Source: the human T2T-CHM13v2.0 reference genome, Homo sapiens. From it: DNA of 64,000 bases. The notes beneath the pieces were generated by a model, which saw only the letters and a list, made by a program, of their open reading frames with translations, made no database searches and was not told where the DNA came from. The DNA lies in assembly GCF_009914755.1 (NCBI RefSeq), contig NC_060948.1; one strand, given 5' to 3'. Positions 50,383 through 64,000 of this stretch are shown here, in pieces; position 1 is the stretch's first letter, and each line of letters begins with the position of its first letter. Made by a program: the position numbers and the translations under genes.

Positions 50383-51059
50383 ACAGTTTCTCATGTGGCT
50401 ATTAAATTCCTTTCTTGTTCCTCTCAGAGGCACTTAATGTAAAATGACAAACATTTCCCATTATTTTAAATGTAATGAGTACTCTTGGTTATGTTTAAAT
50501 AAAATTGTCATCTCTAAACAATTAAAAAATGAAAGCTAGAAATAACCACTGTGTGGAAAAAAAACGAGGAAAATCCAATTATCACTAAAATACAATGAAT
50601 TCCCTCTGTATAAGTAGGGAGTCAGGAAGCTCATTGAGTGTTTCACAAGTAATTTAAAACCATATGTTGCCTCTAACAGAAGAAAAGCATACAGCAACAA
50701 GAAGGCAACTTAAGCAAAGAGAATCTCAACACCCAAAAGCCAGAGTAAAATTTGAAACACGTGTATTTCTTCTTAAACACATTGGAGAGCCTGAATCTTA
50801 TTTTTTTTGTAATACTATTAATGGTATGATGAAGAATTTGTTCTCGTTTTCAAAGTATGTGTATCTTTGTTTTATTTTTACTCCATCTAACAGTTATTGC
50901 ATACTGTGACTGCTCTTACAAGTCCTTTAGAAGATACTAACAGCTGAACTGCAATTTAGCAGTGGCAATAGTTTTTTCCAAATGAAAAGATGATCAAAAA
51001 ACAGAATCATGTTTATTAATTCAACTGTGTACAAGCTATTACAAATATATTGTTTTCAA

Positions 51060-52312
51060 ATGTGACTTAAACACGAGACTAGAAACTATCAAAATCCTAG
51101 AAGAAAACTTAAATAAAACTCTTCTTGACATTGGCCTAAGCAAACAATTTATGATTAAGTCTTCAAAAAGACATGCAACAAAAACAAAAATAGACAAATG
51201 GGACTTACACTAAAAAGTTTCTGCATTGCTAAGGACATAATCAACAGAGGGAAGAGACAACTAATCTGTTGAATGGTAGAAAATATTTTTTAAATATTCA
51301 TCTAACAAGAGACTAGTATTAAAATTTTACAGGGAACTCAACACACAAAAAAATCCAATTTAAAAAGTAAGCAAAGTGCACGAATAGATATTTCTCAAAA
51401 GAAGACATACAAATGGCCAACAAGTATATGAAAAAATGGTCAACCTCACTAATGATTGAGGAAATGCAAATTAAATTCACAGTGAGATATCATCTTATCC
51501 CAGTTAGAATGGCTATTATCAAAAAGACAAAAATAGCAGATGCTGGCAAGGATGTGGAGGATATACAAGGATATACTGTTCCTGGGTAAGCAAATTAGTA
51601 TAGTCATTGTGGGAAACAGTATAACGATTTCTCAAAAAACTAAAAATAGAACTACCGTACATTCCAGTAATCCTATTACTAGGAAAGAAAATCAGTTTAT
51701 AAAAGGGACACTTGCAATCATATGTTTATTGCAGCACTATTCACAATAGCAAAGATATAAAATTAACCTAAGTGTCCATCAACAAGTGAACGGTAAAGAA
51801 AGTGTGGTGTATATATACGGAATGGAATACTGTTTAGCCATTAAAAAAAGAAATCCTGTCACTTGCAGGAACATGGATGGAACTGGAGGTCATTATGTTA
51901 AGGGAAATAAGCCAGGCACAGAAAGACAAATATTGCATGTTTCTCACTCATATGTGGGAGCTAAAAGAGCAGATCTCATGAAGGTAGAATGATAGTTTAC
52001 CAAAGACTTGGAAGGGTGGGAGATGTTGAAGAGAAGTTGCTTAATAGTCACAAATATACAGCTAGATAAAAGGAGTAAGTTCTCGTGCTTCTACAACATA
52101 GTAGGGGGACTATAGTTATTGACACTATACTGTATATTTCAAAATAGCTAGAAGAAAATATTCTAAATTTTCCCAACACAAAGAAATAATAAATGTTCAA
52201 AGTAATAGATATCCTAAATACCCTAATTTGATCACTACACCTTGTATGCACGTATCAAAATATCACATGCACCCTGTAAATATGTACAATTATTATGTAT
52301 CAATTAAAATGT
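51060..52312 (+). mobile_element. L1MA (MA4-6-like) 3' fragment
   Basis: aaaatcctagaagaaaact...; tail aaatatgtacaattattatgtatcaattaaaa. Confidence 0.88.
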
Positions 52313-53084
52313 TTTTTAAAAGATCCTTCGCTCTGAAAAAAATTGATATGACAACATTGCACGTTTTTAATAAAGAATCCTAAAGTGCGTTATACAACAG
52401 AACAAACGTGGGTTATTTACACTCGTGTTTTATCTGGTAGACATTTTTAACCATTGTAGGTATTAGAGACTGTTACTTTTCTCAAATTTATATATGCTGT
52501 TTTAGAAACCAGTCTTTTTGATATACAAAGATAAATCCTTTCAGTTGGCAGAAAAAGTGAAGGCTATTACAATCCTTCTTAAAGCAGCTTGCAAACTTTG
52601 GATTTGTAATCATTATACCGTCATAGCCCAGTCTTAGCTCTAAGGACAAGGATTATGGCTACTGAGCAGTGATGGACTTCCTAGACTAGTTCTTAAACAT
52701 AAATAGCAACAAAATCAGTTGGTTCATCCTCAAACTCCAAAATTTACAAGGAAAAAAAAAATGCTGCCATTAAGTTAAAATCTACAAAATATTGCCAACT
52801 ATATATAATTAAAGGGAAAATAAACTCAATACCTCAAAGAATTTATATATTTTAAAATGTATTAGTCACCCTGCCTGTGGATCCTGTAGCAGTTTTTGTA
52901 ATATAAAGCTGGATAGTTGCATTTAATTTGTTTTAAAGGAGAGTTTCTATTAAAAGCATACCCAATCAATGTGTTAATCATTAATGAATTTCTAGTCATT
53001 TAGTTTTGAAGGCTTTATCTTCAAAATCATTTTCTATCCATCAAAATAGCTAAGTTGAATTATTAAAACATCGCATCATTTAGC

Positions 53085-53252
53085 TAATAGTAATGTTCCA
53101 GTGTCAATTTCTTAGTTTTTACAAATGTACCATCGTGATATAAAAAATTAACAATCGAGGAAAATGGTTAAGGGGCATGTAGAAACTCTGTACCAGCCTT
53201 GTAACTTTTTTTGTAAATATAAAATTATTCCAAAACATAAAGGTTATTAAAA
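53085..53252 (+). mobile_element. L1MD/ME 3' end
   Basis: acaaatgtaccatc...aactctgtacc...tgtaaatataaaattattccaaaa. Confidence 0.7.
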
Positions 53253-53852
53253 TATGCTCTTTTAAATGAAAACCTCTACTCCCCAAACAATGAGAGCTCC
53301 TTTTGGAAAAAAATTCCTTAAGTTGTATTTATTTGAAATTCTATTGAAATCAACATTATTTGAAGATGGTTTAAGTTGTTACTGTTGGGAATGAAAAGAC
53401 CAAATAGGGAGAAACTGCCAAATCCACAAAAAATCCTCAAAATATAAGAAACCCAGGTAGCCCATAGACATTTGTTCTCAGAGGTGCAATCCAAAATCAA
53501 GTAAACCAACTAAAAAATGTTTAGCATGAATCAAAGAATAAAAACTTACAACAGTATTGGCCTTGATAAAAGCAACGTTCCTTCCCCTCACTAATTCATG
53601 TGAAGAACTTAACTGTCAGACCTTTGCGACCTAAAATAGTGATTATTAAAATTCAGATCTTGTTTTGACTGTTCCCTAATTTATTTACAAAAGTAAATAT
53701 CCTTGGCATAATTCTAGCTCATTTTACCTGCATTTACATTTTTAGGAAAAAGTATGATATTTTCTTCCTATCAGGAATCTTGATTTTTCAATGACTGATT
53801 CTAGAAATATTTCAGAACAAAAGTCAATCTTCATATTTTTATGATCTATTAG

Positions 53853-53992
53853 CCATTGAACAATTTATTTGACAGGTTTATATATACTCAGTATGTACCA
53901 TGTGCCAGACACTGTTACAGGTGCAGGAGATCTAGTAGTGAGTAAAAGAGAAGAAAAATAAAAACCTTTCCTCAAAGAAGCTTACATTCTAG
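53853..53992 (-). mobile_element. L2 3' end
   Basis: ccatgtgccagacactgttacaggtgcaggagat...gcttacattctagt. Confidence 0.7.
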
Positions 53993-54007
53993 TCATATTG
54001 TTCTCTC

Positions 54008-54168
54008 TTTTTTTGTTTAAATTATTATTTTTAATTGACAAATCATAATTATATACATTCGTTGTGTACAATATAATGTTTTGATATATGTATATAATGT
54101 GGAATTATTAAATTGAAGTCATTAACATGTTCATCATCCCATTTACCTATCTTTTTTATGATGAGACA
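54008..54168 (-). mobile_element. L1MA 3' end fragment
   Basis: tttttaattgacaaatcataattatatacatt...tgtacaat...gttttgatatatgtatataatgtgga. Confidence 0.75.
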
Positions 54169-55764
54169 TCTTGTTCTTAAAAAGTAAGCAGAAATATACC
54201 AAGAAAATGACTTCACTATAATTGAATCATGTCCCTACCTTAAACTTCCTTTTCAGGGAAATCTAATAAGAAATGGTCTGCTATTTTTCAAAGCTAAAAC
54301 ACATCTTATTGTAACATTGCAGTAAGAGATACTTGGGAGTAGGCAGACAATGCCATGCAATGATAATACCTGACAAGATAATATCCTAGAAAGGGTTCCT
54401 TTCCGTCAAATGAACTCTAATAAAGAATGGCTCTGAAAATGTCAGACTTTGAAACTGCCTTTTATGTACTTATTGATAATGCATAGAATCTGTTTGTTAT
54501 TCATATATAACTTGAAATTTCCCCCGTTAACACTTGAGGGCAGATTATCAGAGTAAGGAGAGTTTTGAATGTGGGATACATTTGTTTCCTCTTCCTCCAT
54601 ATCTCATCCAATTGTGTAGTTTGATGTCCTCCCTAACATTGCCTTTAATATTAGTTAATTCACATTTTTCTTCCTACTCCTATAGTTTTCAGTTCAACTG
54701 TAATATAAGTGTATATGGCAAACCACATTGGCCAGTTGATCACGGTGCATATTAATACTTTCAATTTGGCTTAAAACAACTAGAAGGGAAAAAGAATAAA
54801 ATACCCAAATCCACTCAAAGCTCACATTCTCTATATCCTTCAAATAAATAGACTTCAGTCTCAGACATACTTTAACTTATGAGAATCATTTCAGGTACTA
54901 TCACAGCTATTCTTGTCTGTCTTTAATGCTCCAGCATAATTGGTCTTAATCCCTTCTCCAAACCATCCTCTTCAAAAAAAAAAAAAAAAAATCCAAGTCT
55001 ACGTCTCTATATAAAGGAATGAGTTCAAGTTTTTCTTTTAGCTTATTAGCTTTGATATCTTGGGTAAGTCACTTAACTACCAATCCTTTAACAGTATTAG
55101 TCCCAATTAATACAAAGTCAGAGGTATCTGTTACTACAGAATTTAATGTTTCTAGTTGGCAAACTTTAAAAGAAATTCTGTTAAATGAAGTGACACACAA
55201 AAAATGTTTTACTGTCATTCAGACAAAACTACAGAAAAGAGTATTAAAGTCCACAGACCACTCAGTTATAAATTCTTTTTGCAATAATTTTTTTCCTTTG
55301 ATTTTGTACAATTAAACAATATAGTTTTTCTATTAATAAGTGTCACAAAGTAATACTGACTTTTAAACACATAACTTTTAAAGACAGACGGTAATAGTAA
55401 CTGAGTTGATACAGATTTTTGAGTGTATATTGATACTTATTTAAGGTAGCATCCACCTTTCAATTAAAACTGCAAAACAAAACAGAAAATGTCATGGTGT
55501 AATAGGAAAATAAGCAGATATCCTCTAGAGGTTTCTCTTTCCTTGCATCAGTTTGAATCATCAAATTGCAATGGCTGTTTGGTTAATATTTTTACCAGTG
55601 CATGGAATACTCACTTATCAGTCAATCCATTAAGCTACACCTGGGCATTCACCTTATAAAAAAAGAAAAACAGTAGGGTTTTAAAAAATTTCATTGTTAT
55701 GAATTTGGGGAGCTATTTTAGGAATCTATGTCCGAAGTATTATATCATTTGCAGAACTCATTTG

Positions 55765-57660
55765 GGCTGTGGAAAAGAGTATGGTAGTTCTTCAAAAAGT
55801 TAACCATAGAATTACATATGACCACACAATTTGAATTTTAGATATATACCCCAAAGAACTAAAAATGTAAGTCAACACAAAAACTTGTGCATGAACATTA
55901 ATATCAGCATTATTCATAATAGTTAAAAAGTGAATAAAAGCCTAATATCCATCAACTGATAAATGGGAAATTAAAATGCAGAATATCAATGCAATGGAAT
56001 ATTGTTTAGAATTTTTAAATTAATGAAGTACATATTATAACATGTATGAACCTTGGCAACATTATGCTATGCAAGAGAAGCCAGGCACAAACAGATCCTA
56101 TATTGTATTATGACATTCAAATGAAATGTTCAGAGTAGGAATATCCTTAGAGACAGAAAGTACATTAGTGGTTTTCAGTGGCTGGGGGAAGGAGGGAATG
56201 GGGAGTAACTGCTAATGGGTACAATATTTTCTATGAAAATTCTCTGGAATTAAATAATGGTGCATTAGTCCATTTTCATATTGGCATAAAGAACTGACTG
56301 AGACTGGGTAATTTATTTTAAAAAGGAGATTTAATTGACTCACAATTCAACATGGCTGGGGAGACCTCAGGAAACTTACAATCATGGCAGAAGATGAGGG
56401 GGAAGCAAGGCACTTTCATCACAAGGCAGCAGGAAGGAGAAGAGCTGAGAAAATGATGAAGAGCCCCTTATGAAACAAGACTCCCTTGTAAAACTCACTA
56501 TCAAGAGAACAGCATGGTGGAGACCACCCCTGTGATTCAATTATCTCCACTTGGCCTCTCCTTTGACACATGGAGATTATGTGGATTACAATTCAAGATG
56601 AGAGTTGGGTGGGAGGACAAACCCTAACCACGTTATTTCACCCCCAGCCTCTCCCAAATCTCATGGCCCTTTCACATTTCAAAACCAATCATGCCTTCCC
56701 AACAGTCCCCCAAAGACTTTATTTATTGCAGCATTAACTCAAAAGTCCAATTCCAAAGTCTCATATGAGATAAAACAAGTTTCTTTCACCTACAAGCCAA
56801 TAAAATCAAAAGCAAATTAATTACTTCCTAGATACAACAGGGGTAGAGACATTGGACACTCTTTTCCAAGTGTCATAAATTGGCCAAAGTGCAGGCACTA
56901 CAGGCCCCATGAAAGTCTGAAATCCAGTAGGGCAGTGAAATCTCAAAGCTCCAAAATGATCTCCTTTGGCTCCATGTCTCACATTCAGGTCACGCTGATG
57001 CAAGAGGTGGGCTCCCAGTGCCTTGGGCAGCTCCATTCCTGTGGCTTTGCAGGGTACAGCCCCCCTCCTGGCTGCTTTCGTGGTCTGGCATTTAATGTCT
57101 ATGGCTTTTCCAGGCGTATGGTGCAAGCTGTCAGTGGATCTACCATTCTGGGGTCTAGAGGATGGTGGCCTTCTTCTCATAGCTTCACTAATCAGTGACC
57201 CAGTGATGACTCTGTGTGGGGGCTTCCACCCCATATTTCCCTTCTGCAGTGCCCTAGCAGAGTTTCTCAATGAGGGCTCTGCCCCTGCAGCACACCTGTG
57301 CCTGGACATCCAGACATTTCCATACATCCTCTGAAATTTAGGTGGAGGTTCCAAACCTCAATTATTGTCTTCCATGCACCCACAGAACCAACAACACGTG
57401 AAAACTGCCAAGGCTTAGGGCTTGAACCCTCTGAAGCAATGGCCTGAGCTGTACCTTGGCCCTTTTTAGCCGTAGCTGGAGCAGCTGTGACACAGGGCTC
57501 AAATCCTGATTTGAATCACAATTCAAGATGACATTTGGGTGGGGACACAAAGCCTAGTCATATCAGTTGTGATAAATTTACAACTTTGTGAATACAGTAA
57601 AAACTAGTGAATTGTACACTTTTAAAGGGTAAATGTTGTGGCATGTAAGTTATATCTAAA
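55765..57660 (+). mobile_element. L1MB7/8-like 3' fragment split by THE1
   Basis: 55765-56260 and 57566-57660 (caactttgtgaata...tgaattgtacactttta) join up across the THE1. Confidence 0.8.
56261..57565 (-). mobile_element. THE1 (THE1C/D- or MSTA-like) MaLR provirus remnant: full 3' LTR 56261-56635, internal 56636-~57505, ~55-bp stub of 5' LTR
   Basis: LTR motifs ggaaacttacaatcatggcagaag, acaattcaagatgag; internal tccatgtctcacattcaggtcacgctgatgcaagaggtggg; LTR end repeated at 57516-57565. Confidence 0.9.
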
Positions 57661-57704
57661 TATTTTAAAATTAGGTCATAAAGAAGCACAAGTTAAACTC
57701 ATTT

Positions 57705-57880
57705 TGTTTCAGTACTTACTGTGTAGACTTCAGCAAATTATTAAACCTGTCTGAGCCTCAATTTCTGTCATTTGCCTAACAAGGGTAATAATATCAAACA
57801 AACAAGGTTATTGTGACTTGATAAAATATAAAATATGACATGCCTAACATGCAGTAAATAGCTAACGAGTACAGTTATTT
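57705..57880 (+). mobile_element. MIR
   Basis: gcaaattattaaacctgtctgagcctcaatttc...gggtaataata...ggttattgtga. Confidence 0.65.
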
Positions 57881-58669
57881 TTGTTATTATTATCATTATT
57901 ACTATCATTTTAAAATCATGGGCTAGAAAGAAACTCAGAAATCCTCAAATTCTTCTATTAACTAATGAAATACCTCACCTTTCTGCCCGATGTTCTTTGT
58001 TTTTTGATCTTATGTTGCATATCGATGAGTTACTGCCAATCAGTAAAATATACAGATACACATATACACACATGCATATACTATACTCATACATATATAA
58101 AATAATATCTAAAAAATGCTTTGTATCTAATACTTGTTATATTTTCTCAACAAACTGGCTTTCACAGCTATTAAATATCTCTCAGTGACACACTATGCAT
58201 ATCTCAAAAGGCTATAGCTCCTTAAAATATAAGCAAACAAATAAATCCACATATGCATACTCTGAGATTTCTGTGGGTGACAAAAAATACCTAGTCTACT
58301 TCAAGCCATTGCTATTCTATCCTTACTCATTGAAATAAGAAACAGTAGGTATATTTTTACCTGAATACGTTTATGCATAGTCAGGGACAAACCAGGCTCT
58401 GGTGATCATGGTTCAACTTTCTGATTCTATGAATTTAATGATTTTAGATACTTCACTAAGTATCTAAATCCTTCAATGTGCAGCAACAGTGAATGAATAT
58501 TAAATATTTTATAGTTGTAAAAAGATATTTCATATATATGATCCTAATTAGTGGTAAACAAAAACTAGTGTGAGAATGGTAAATAATGCTGCCTATATAT
58601 TCATTTAAAGTATTCTATTTTCAAACACCTTACTTTTATTGCAGTTACCTAGTGATACATATTCAATAT

Positions 58670-58800
58670 GTTTCTCTCCATTTCACAAATGGAAAAACTG
58701 AGATATGCAAAACTAAATGACTTAAATAGGGAGACTCTATTCAGTAAAAGAAGAGTAGACCAGGTATGAAAAGTCTCTTCCATTGAACTCTCTTGCTAAA
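58670..58800 (-). mobile_element. MIR fragment
   Basis: ccatttcacaaatggaaaaactgaga...aaatgactt. Confidence 0.55.
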
Positions 58801-58828
58801 GGTGTAATTAATGAAAAGCAACATCAAA

Positions 58829-61800
58829 AGGGGACAGAGCAAGATGGCAAAATGGAAAGCCCCACTGATCATCCCCAAGGACACCAATTTTACAATTGTC
58901 TACACCAAGAAAACACCTTCATAAGGACCAAAAATCAAGTAAGCACTCATAGTACCTAGTTTTAATTTTCTGTCACTGAAAGAGGCACTGAAAAGGTAAT
59001 CTTGAATCACCAGTGCCACTGCTATCCCATCCCCCAGCAGCGGCAGCCTGGTGTGGAGAACATTTCTGTGTACTGAGGAGAGGAATAGTGTAGCAATTGT
59101 GAGGCATTGAACTTAGTGCAGACCTCTTATAGCAGAAAACTAGAAAAAAACTCAGCTGACATCCACACGTGAAGGAAATATTTAAAGCAGCCCTAGCCAA
59201 AGGGTGATTGCTGATCCCAGCAGTCAGAACTTGAGTTCCTGGAAGCCTTGACACAGTGGGACAAAGTACTCTGGGGCCTTAAATAAGCTTGAAAGTGAGT
59301 CTAAGCCAAAAAGACTGCAACTCCTAGGTGAGTCTTAGTGCTGAACTTGACCATGAGCCAGTGGACTGGGGAGTATATGACCTATTGAGAATCCAGCTAG
59401 GGGAGCTAAAGGAGCTAGTATCACTCATCCCCTAGCCTCAGACTACATAGATCATGGCTCCAAAAGAGACTCCTTCCCTCTGCTTGAAGAGAGAAGATGA
59501 AAGAGTGGTGAAGACTTTGTCTTGGACTTTGGATACCAGCTCAGCCACAGCAGGATAGGGCACTGGTCAGAGGTTTGAGGCCCCCATTCCAAGGATCCTG
59601 GGAGGCATTTCTAGGCATAAACTGGGCCAGAAGGGAACCTGCTGCCTTTAGGGAAGGACCCAGTCCTGGAAGGATATACCACCTGCTCCCTGAAGAGCCC
59701 TTGGGCCCTGAGTATCCAGCAGTAATACCCAGGTACCACATTGATTGCATTGGGTGAGCAGCTGAGACTGTCTGGCTTCAGGTAAGACTCAGCATGTGCC
59801 AAAATGAGGTGGGACTCCTTTCACTTGAGAAAAGCAGTGGGTAAAGTAAATGAGAGGTTGTTTTGCACATTAGGTATTATCTCAGCCACAGTGGAATAGA
59901 GAACCAAGCGGGATCTTGAGGTCTGCAATTCCAGGATGTGGCACTTGAATGGCATTTGGGGATGTTCCCTGGGCCAGAGGGGAGCCCACTGCACTGAAAG
60001 GAGAGTTACAGGCCAGGCAGCATTCACCGCAAGCTGACTAAAGAGCTCTTCAGCCTTAAGCAGGCATAGGTGGTAAAGAGCTCTTCAGCCTTAAGCAGGC
60101 ACTCTCTCCTGCTCCATCATGGGAAAATGTGCATTGCTTCCCCTTAATCTTCCACCATGATTGTAAGTTTCTTGAGGCTTCCCAGTTATGCTTCCCGTTA
60201 AGCCTGTGGAACTGTGAGTCAATTGAACATTTTTGTTTAATAAATTACCCAGTTTCAAGTAGTTCTTTACAGCAGAGTGAAAACGGACTAATACAAGATC
60301 CATAACAAACAACAACAAAAAAAAAACAAGAGAAAGTAAAGAAATAATAACATCTTTAATACAATAAAGCTGCAATATGTCTGACAGAAGACTTTTTAGT
60401 GGAAACTTTACAGGCCAGGAGAGAGTGGCAGGACATATTTAACATGCTGAAAAAAAAATTTACACTAGCATACCATACGTAGCTAAAGTATCCTTCAAAC
60501 ATGAAGAGAAATAAGGTCTTTCCCAGGCAAACAAAAGCTTCTGAGGGACTTTATAAACACCAGACCTGTCATACAAGAAATGCTAGAGTGTACTTCATTC
60601 AGAAAGAGAAAGTTGATGACAAGCAATAAGATACATCTAAAAGTACAAACTTACTGGTAACAAACAGGAAGTACACAGAAAAACACAGACTAATTTAACA
60701 CTGTAACTGTGGTGTGTAAACTACTTCTATCCTAAATAGAAAGACTAAATGATGAACCAATAAAAAATAAAAACTTCAACCTTTTTATGACCTTGACAAT
60801 ACAATAATATTGTAAATAGAAACAATAAAAAGTAAAAAAGCAGAATGACAAAGGTAGTGTAGGGTCTTTATTAGTTTTCTTTTTGTTTGTTTGCCTTTGC
60901 AAACAGGGTGAAGTTGTTAACAGCTTAAAATAATGGGTTATAAGATAGTATTTGCAAGCCTTATGGTAACTGCAAACCAGAAAACATACAACATATACAC
61001 ACAAAATAAAAAACAAGGAACTAAATCATATCACCAGGGAAAATTACCTTCAATGAAAAGAAGACAAGAAGGAAGGAAAGAACAAAAAGATCACAAAACA
61101 ACAAGAAAACAAATAAACAATGCAGTAAGAGTTAGTCCTTACTCACCAATAATAACATTGAATATAAATGGAATAAACTTTCCAATCAAAAGACACAGAG
61201 TGGCTGACTGAGGACAAAAACGACCCATTGATCTGTTGTATACAAGAAACACATTTTTTAAACATATATGCACCTAACACTGCAGCACCCAGAAAAATAA
61301 AGCAAATATTATTCGCATTCATTACATAGATGGGCCCGAATGCAGTGATAGCTGGAGGCTTCAACACCCCACTTTCAGCATTGAAAAGATCTTCTAGACA
61401 GAAAGTAAACAAATAAACATGACTTAATCTGCACTATAGACAAAATGGATCTAATAGATATTTACAGAATATTTCATCCAAGAGCTGCAGAATACACATT
61501 CTTTTCCTCAGCACATGGATCATTCTCAAGGACAGACCATATATTAAGTCACAAAACAAGTAAAACATTCGAATGATGGAAATAATGTCAAAAATCTTCT
61601 CTGACCACAATGCAGTAAAACAAGTTATTAATAACAAGAGGAATTTTGGAAGCCATAGAAACAGATGGAAAGTAAACAACATCCTCCTGAATCACCAGTG
61701 GGTCAATTAAGAAATTAAGGAGGAAATTGAAAATTTTTCTGAAGTAAATGATAATGGACACACAATATACAAAAGCCTATGGGATACAGAAAAAGCAGTA

Positions 61801-64000
61801 CTAAGGTGGAAGTTTATAGCTATAAGTGCCTACATTTAAAAAGAAGGAAAACCAAACAAACAACCTAACAATGCATCTTAAAGAACTAGAAAAGCAAGAA
61901 TAAACTGAACTCAAAATTAGTAGGAGAAAGAAAATAATAAAGATTAGAGTGGAAATAAATGCAACAGAAATAAAGAAAATAATATAAAAGACAAAACAGA
62001 AAGTTGTTTTCTTTTGAAAAGTTAAGCAAAATTAACAAATGTTTAGCCAGATTAAGAAAAAAAGAGAGAAGTCACAAGTAAATCAAATCAGAGTTGAAAA
62101 AGAGACATTACAATGGATATTGATGAAATTCAAAAGTTCATTAGCGGCTCCTAGGAGCAACTATATACCAATAAATTGAAAAATCCATAGGAAATGGACA
62201 AATTTCTAGACACATACAACCTAACAAAATTTAACCTTAAGGAAACTCAAAATCTGAGCAGACCAATAACAAGTAACAAGAATAAAGCTGTAATAAAACA
62301 TTTTCTAATAAATAAAAGTCCAGAATCTGATAGATTCACTGCCAAATTCTAAACATTTAAAGAACTGATACCAATCCTACTCAAACTATTCCAAGATATA
62401 GAGAAGAAGGAAGCACATTCAAACTCATCCTATGAGGTCAGTATTACGTTGATACCAAAACCAGACAAAGAAAACCAAAGCCAATATATCTGATGAAGAT
62501 TGATGAAAAAATCCTTAACAAAATACTAGCAAACTGGTTTAAACAACACATTGAAACTATCAGTCATCATGACCAAGTGGGATTTATTTCAGGAATGCAA
62601 GGATGGGTCAACCTATGAAAATCAATCCATGTGATATATCAACAGAATGAAAAACAAAAAGTTTATTAATTATTTCAATTGATGCTAAAAAAAACATTTT
62701 GTAAAATTCAACGTCCCTTCGTGATAAACACCCTAAACAACTGGGTATAAAAGGAACATACCTCAGTATAATAAAACCCATATATGGGAGACCCACAGCT
62801 AGTATTATACTAAAAATGGAGAAACTGAAAGTCTTTCCTCTAAGATCTGGAACACTGCAAGGATGCCCTTTGTCACCACTGTTATTCAGCATAGTACTGG
62901 AATTCTTATCTAGAGCAATCAGATGAGAGAAACATATAAAGGGCCTCCAAATTGGAAAGGAAGAAGTCAGGTAATCCAAGTTTGCAGATGATATGATCTT
63001 GCATTTAGAAAAACCTTAAGACTCCATGAAAAGTACTATTAGAACTCATAAGCAAATTCTATAAAGTTGCAGAACACAAAATCAACATACAAAAATCAGT
63101 AGCATTTTTATATGGTAACATTGTAAAATCAAAAAAGGGTTTTAAGTATAATCCCATTTACAATAGCCAGAAATAAAATTAAATAGCTAGGAATTTATTT
63201 AACCAAAGTGAAAGATCTTCATAATGAAAACTATAAAACACTGACAAAAGAAATTGTAGAGGACACCAAAAACTGGAAAGATATTCCATGTTCATGTATT
63301 GGAAGAATCAAAAATGTTAAAATGTCCATATGACCCTAAGCAATCTGCAGATTCAATGCAATCCCTATCAAAATACCAGCGACATTCTTCACAAATCAGC
63401 AAGAAAAAAAAATTATCCCATCAAAAACTGGGCAAAGAACATGAATAGACAATTCTCAAAAGAAGGTATACAAATGGCCAACAAACATATGAAAAAATAC
63501 TCAAGATCTCTAATTATCAAGGAAATGCAAATGAAAACCACAATGAGATATCTCCTTACTCTTCTAGGTATGGCCACAATTAAAAAATCAAAATATAATA
63601 GGCATTGCGGTGGATGTGGTGAAAAGGAAACACTTTTATGCTGCTGGTGGGAATGTAAACTAGTATAACCACTATTGAAAATAGTATGGAGATTCCTTAA
63701 AGAACTAAAAGTACAACTACCACTCAATCCAGCAATCCCACTACTGGGTATTTTCCCAAAGCAAAGGAAGTCATTATATATTTTTAAAAAAACACTTGCA
63801 CACGTATGTTTATAGCAGCACAATTCACAATTGCAAAAATATGGAACCAACCTAAATGCCCATCAATTAATGCATGGATTTTAAAAAGTGGTATATATAC
63901 ACCGTGGAATACTACTCAGCCATAAAAAGGAATGAAATAATGGCATTTTCAGCAACATGGGTGAAGTTGGAAACCATTATTCTAAGTGAAGTAACTCAAA
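58829..64000 (+). mobile_element. L1MA-like element (5'UTR, partial ORF1, ORF2) with deletions; L1PB-like after ~63392; runs off window
   Basis: ggggacagagcaagatggc start; ORF2 start SPYSPIITLNINGINFPIKRHRVA; RT gtttgcagatgatatg. Confidence 0.9.
60102..60295 (+). mobile_element. MSTA-like LTR, 3' half only
   Basis: ccaccatgattgtaagttt...aagcctgtggaactgtgagtcaatt...aaattacccag...ggactaataca. Confidence 0.88.

Noticed and set aside
56821-57354. 177-aa minus-strand ORF
   Set aside because: Lies wholly in THE1/MST internal sequence; no evidence of domestication

Overview
Primate (human-like) AT-rich, CpG-poor genomic DNA with no intact protein-coding gene. By hand tally, roughly 45% is LINE-1 of many ages, plus about a dozen Alus, L2/MIR relics, a MER44A DNA transposon and several LTR elements (MER34-like, LTR12F, MER21, MLT1A, THE1, MSTA). 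The only gene-derived sequence is an old, near full-length processed pseudogene of SERBP1 on the minus strand (about 13563-18436). It inserted into an ancient L1M and was later split by an L1MA and an AluY. The long ORFs in the track are L1 ORF1/ORF2, Alu, MaLR or pseudogene read-through. I found no support for a new biological system. The points worth a second look are the SERBP1 retrocopy as a record of isoform and poly(A) choice, an intact-looking LTR12F solo promoter, a candidate non-coding exon, a candidate enhancer and several rearranged L1/LTR junctions. Repeat subfamily calls and the SERBP1 comparison are by eye and from memory of consensus sequences, so they need RepeatMasker/BLAST confirmation.
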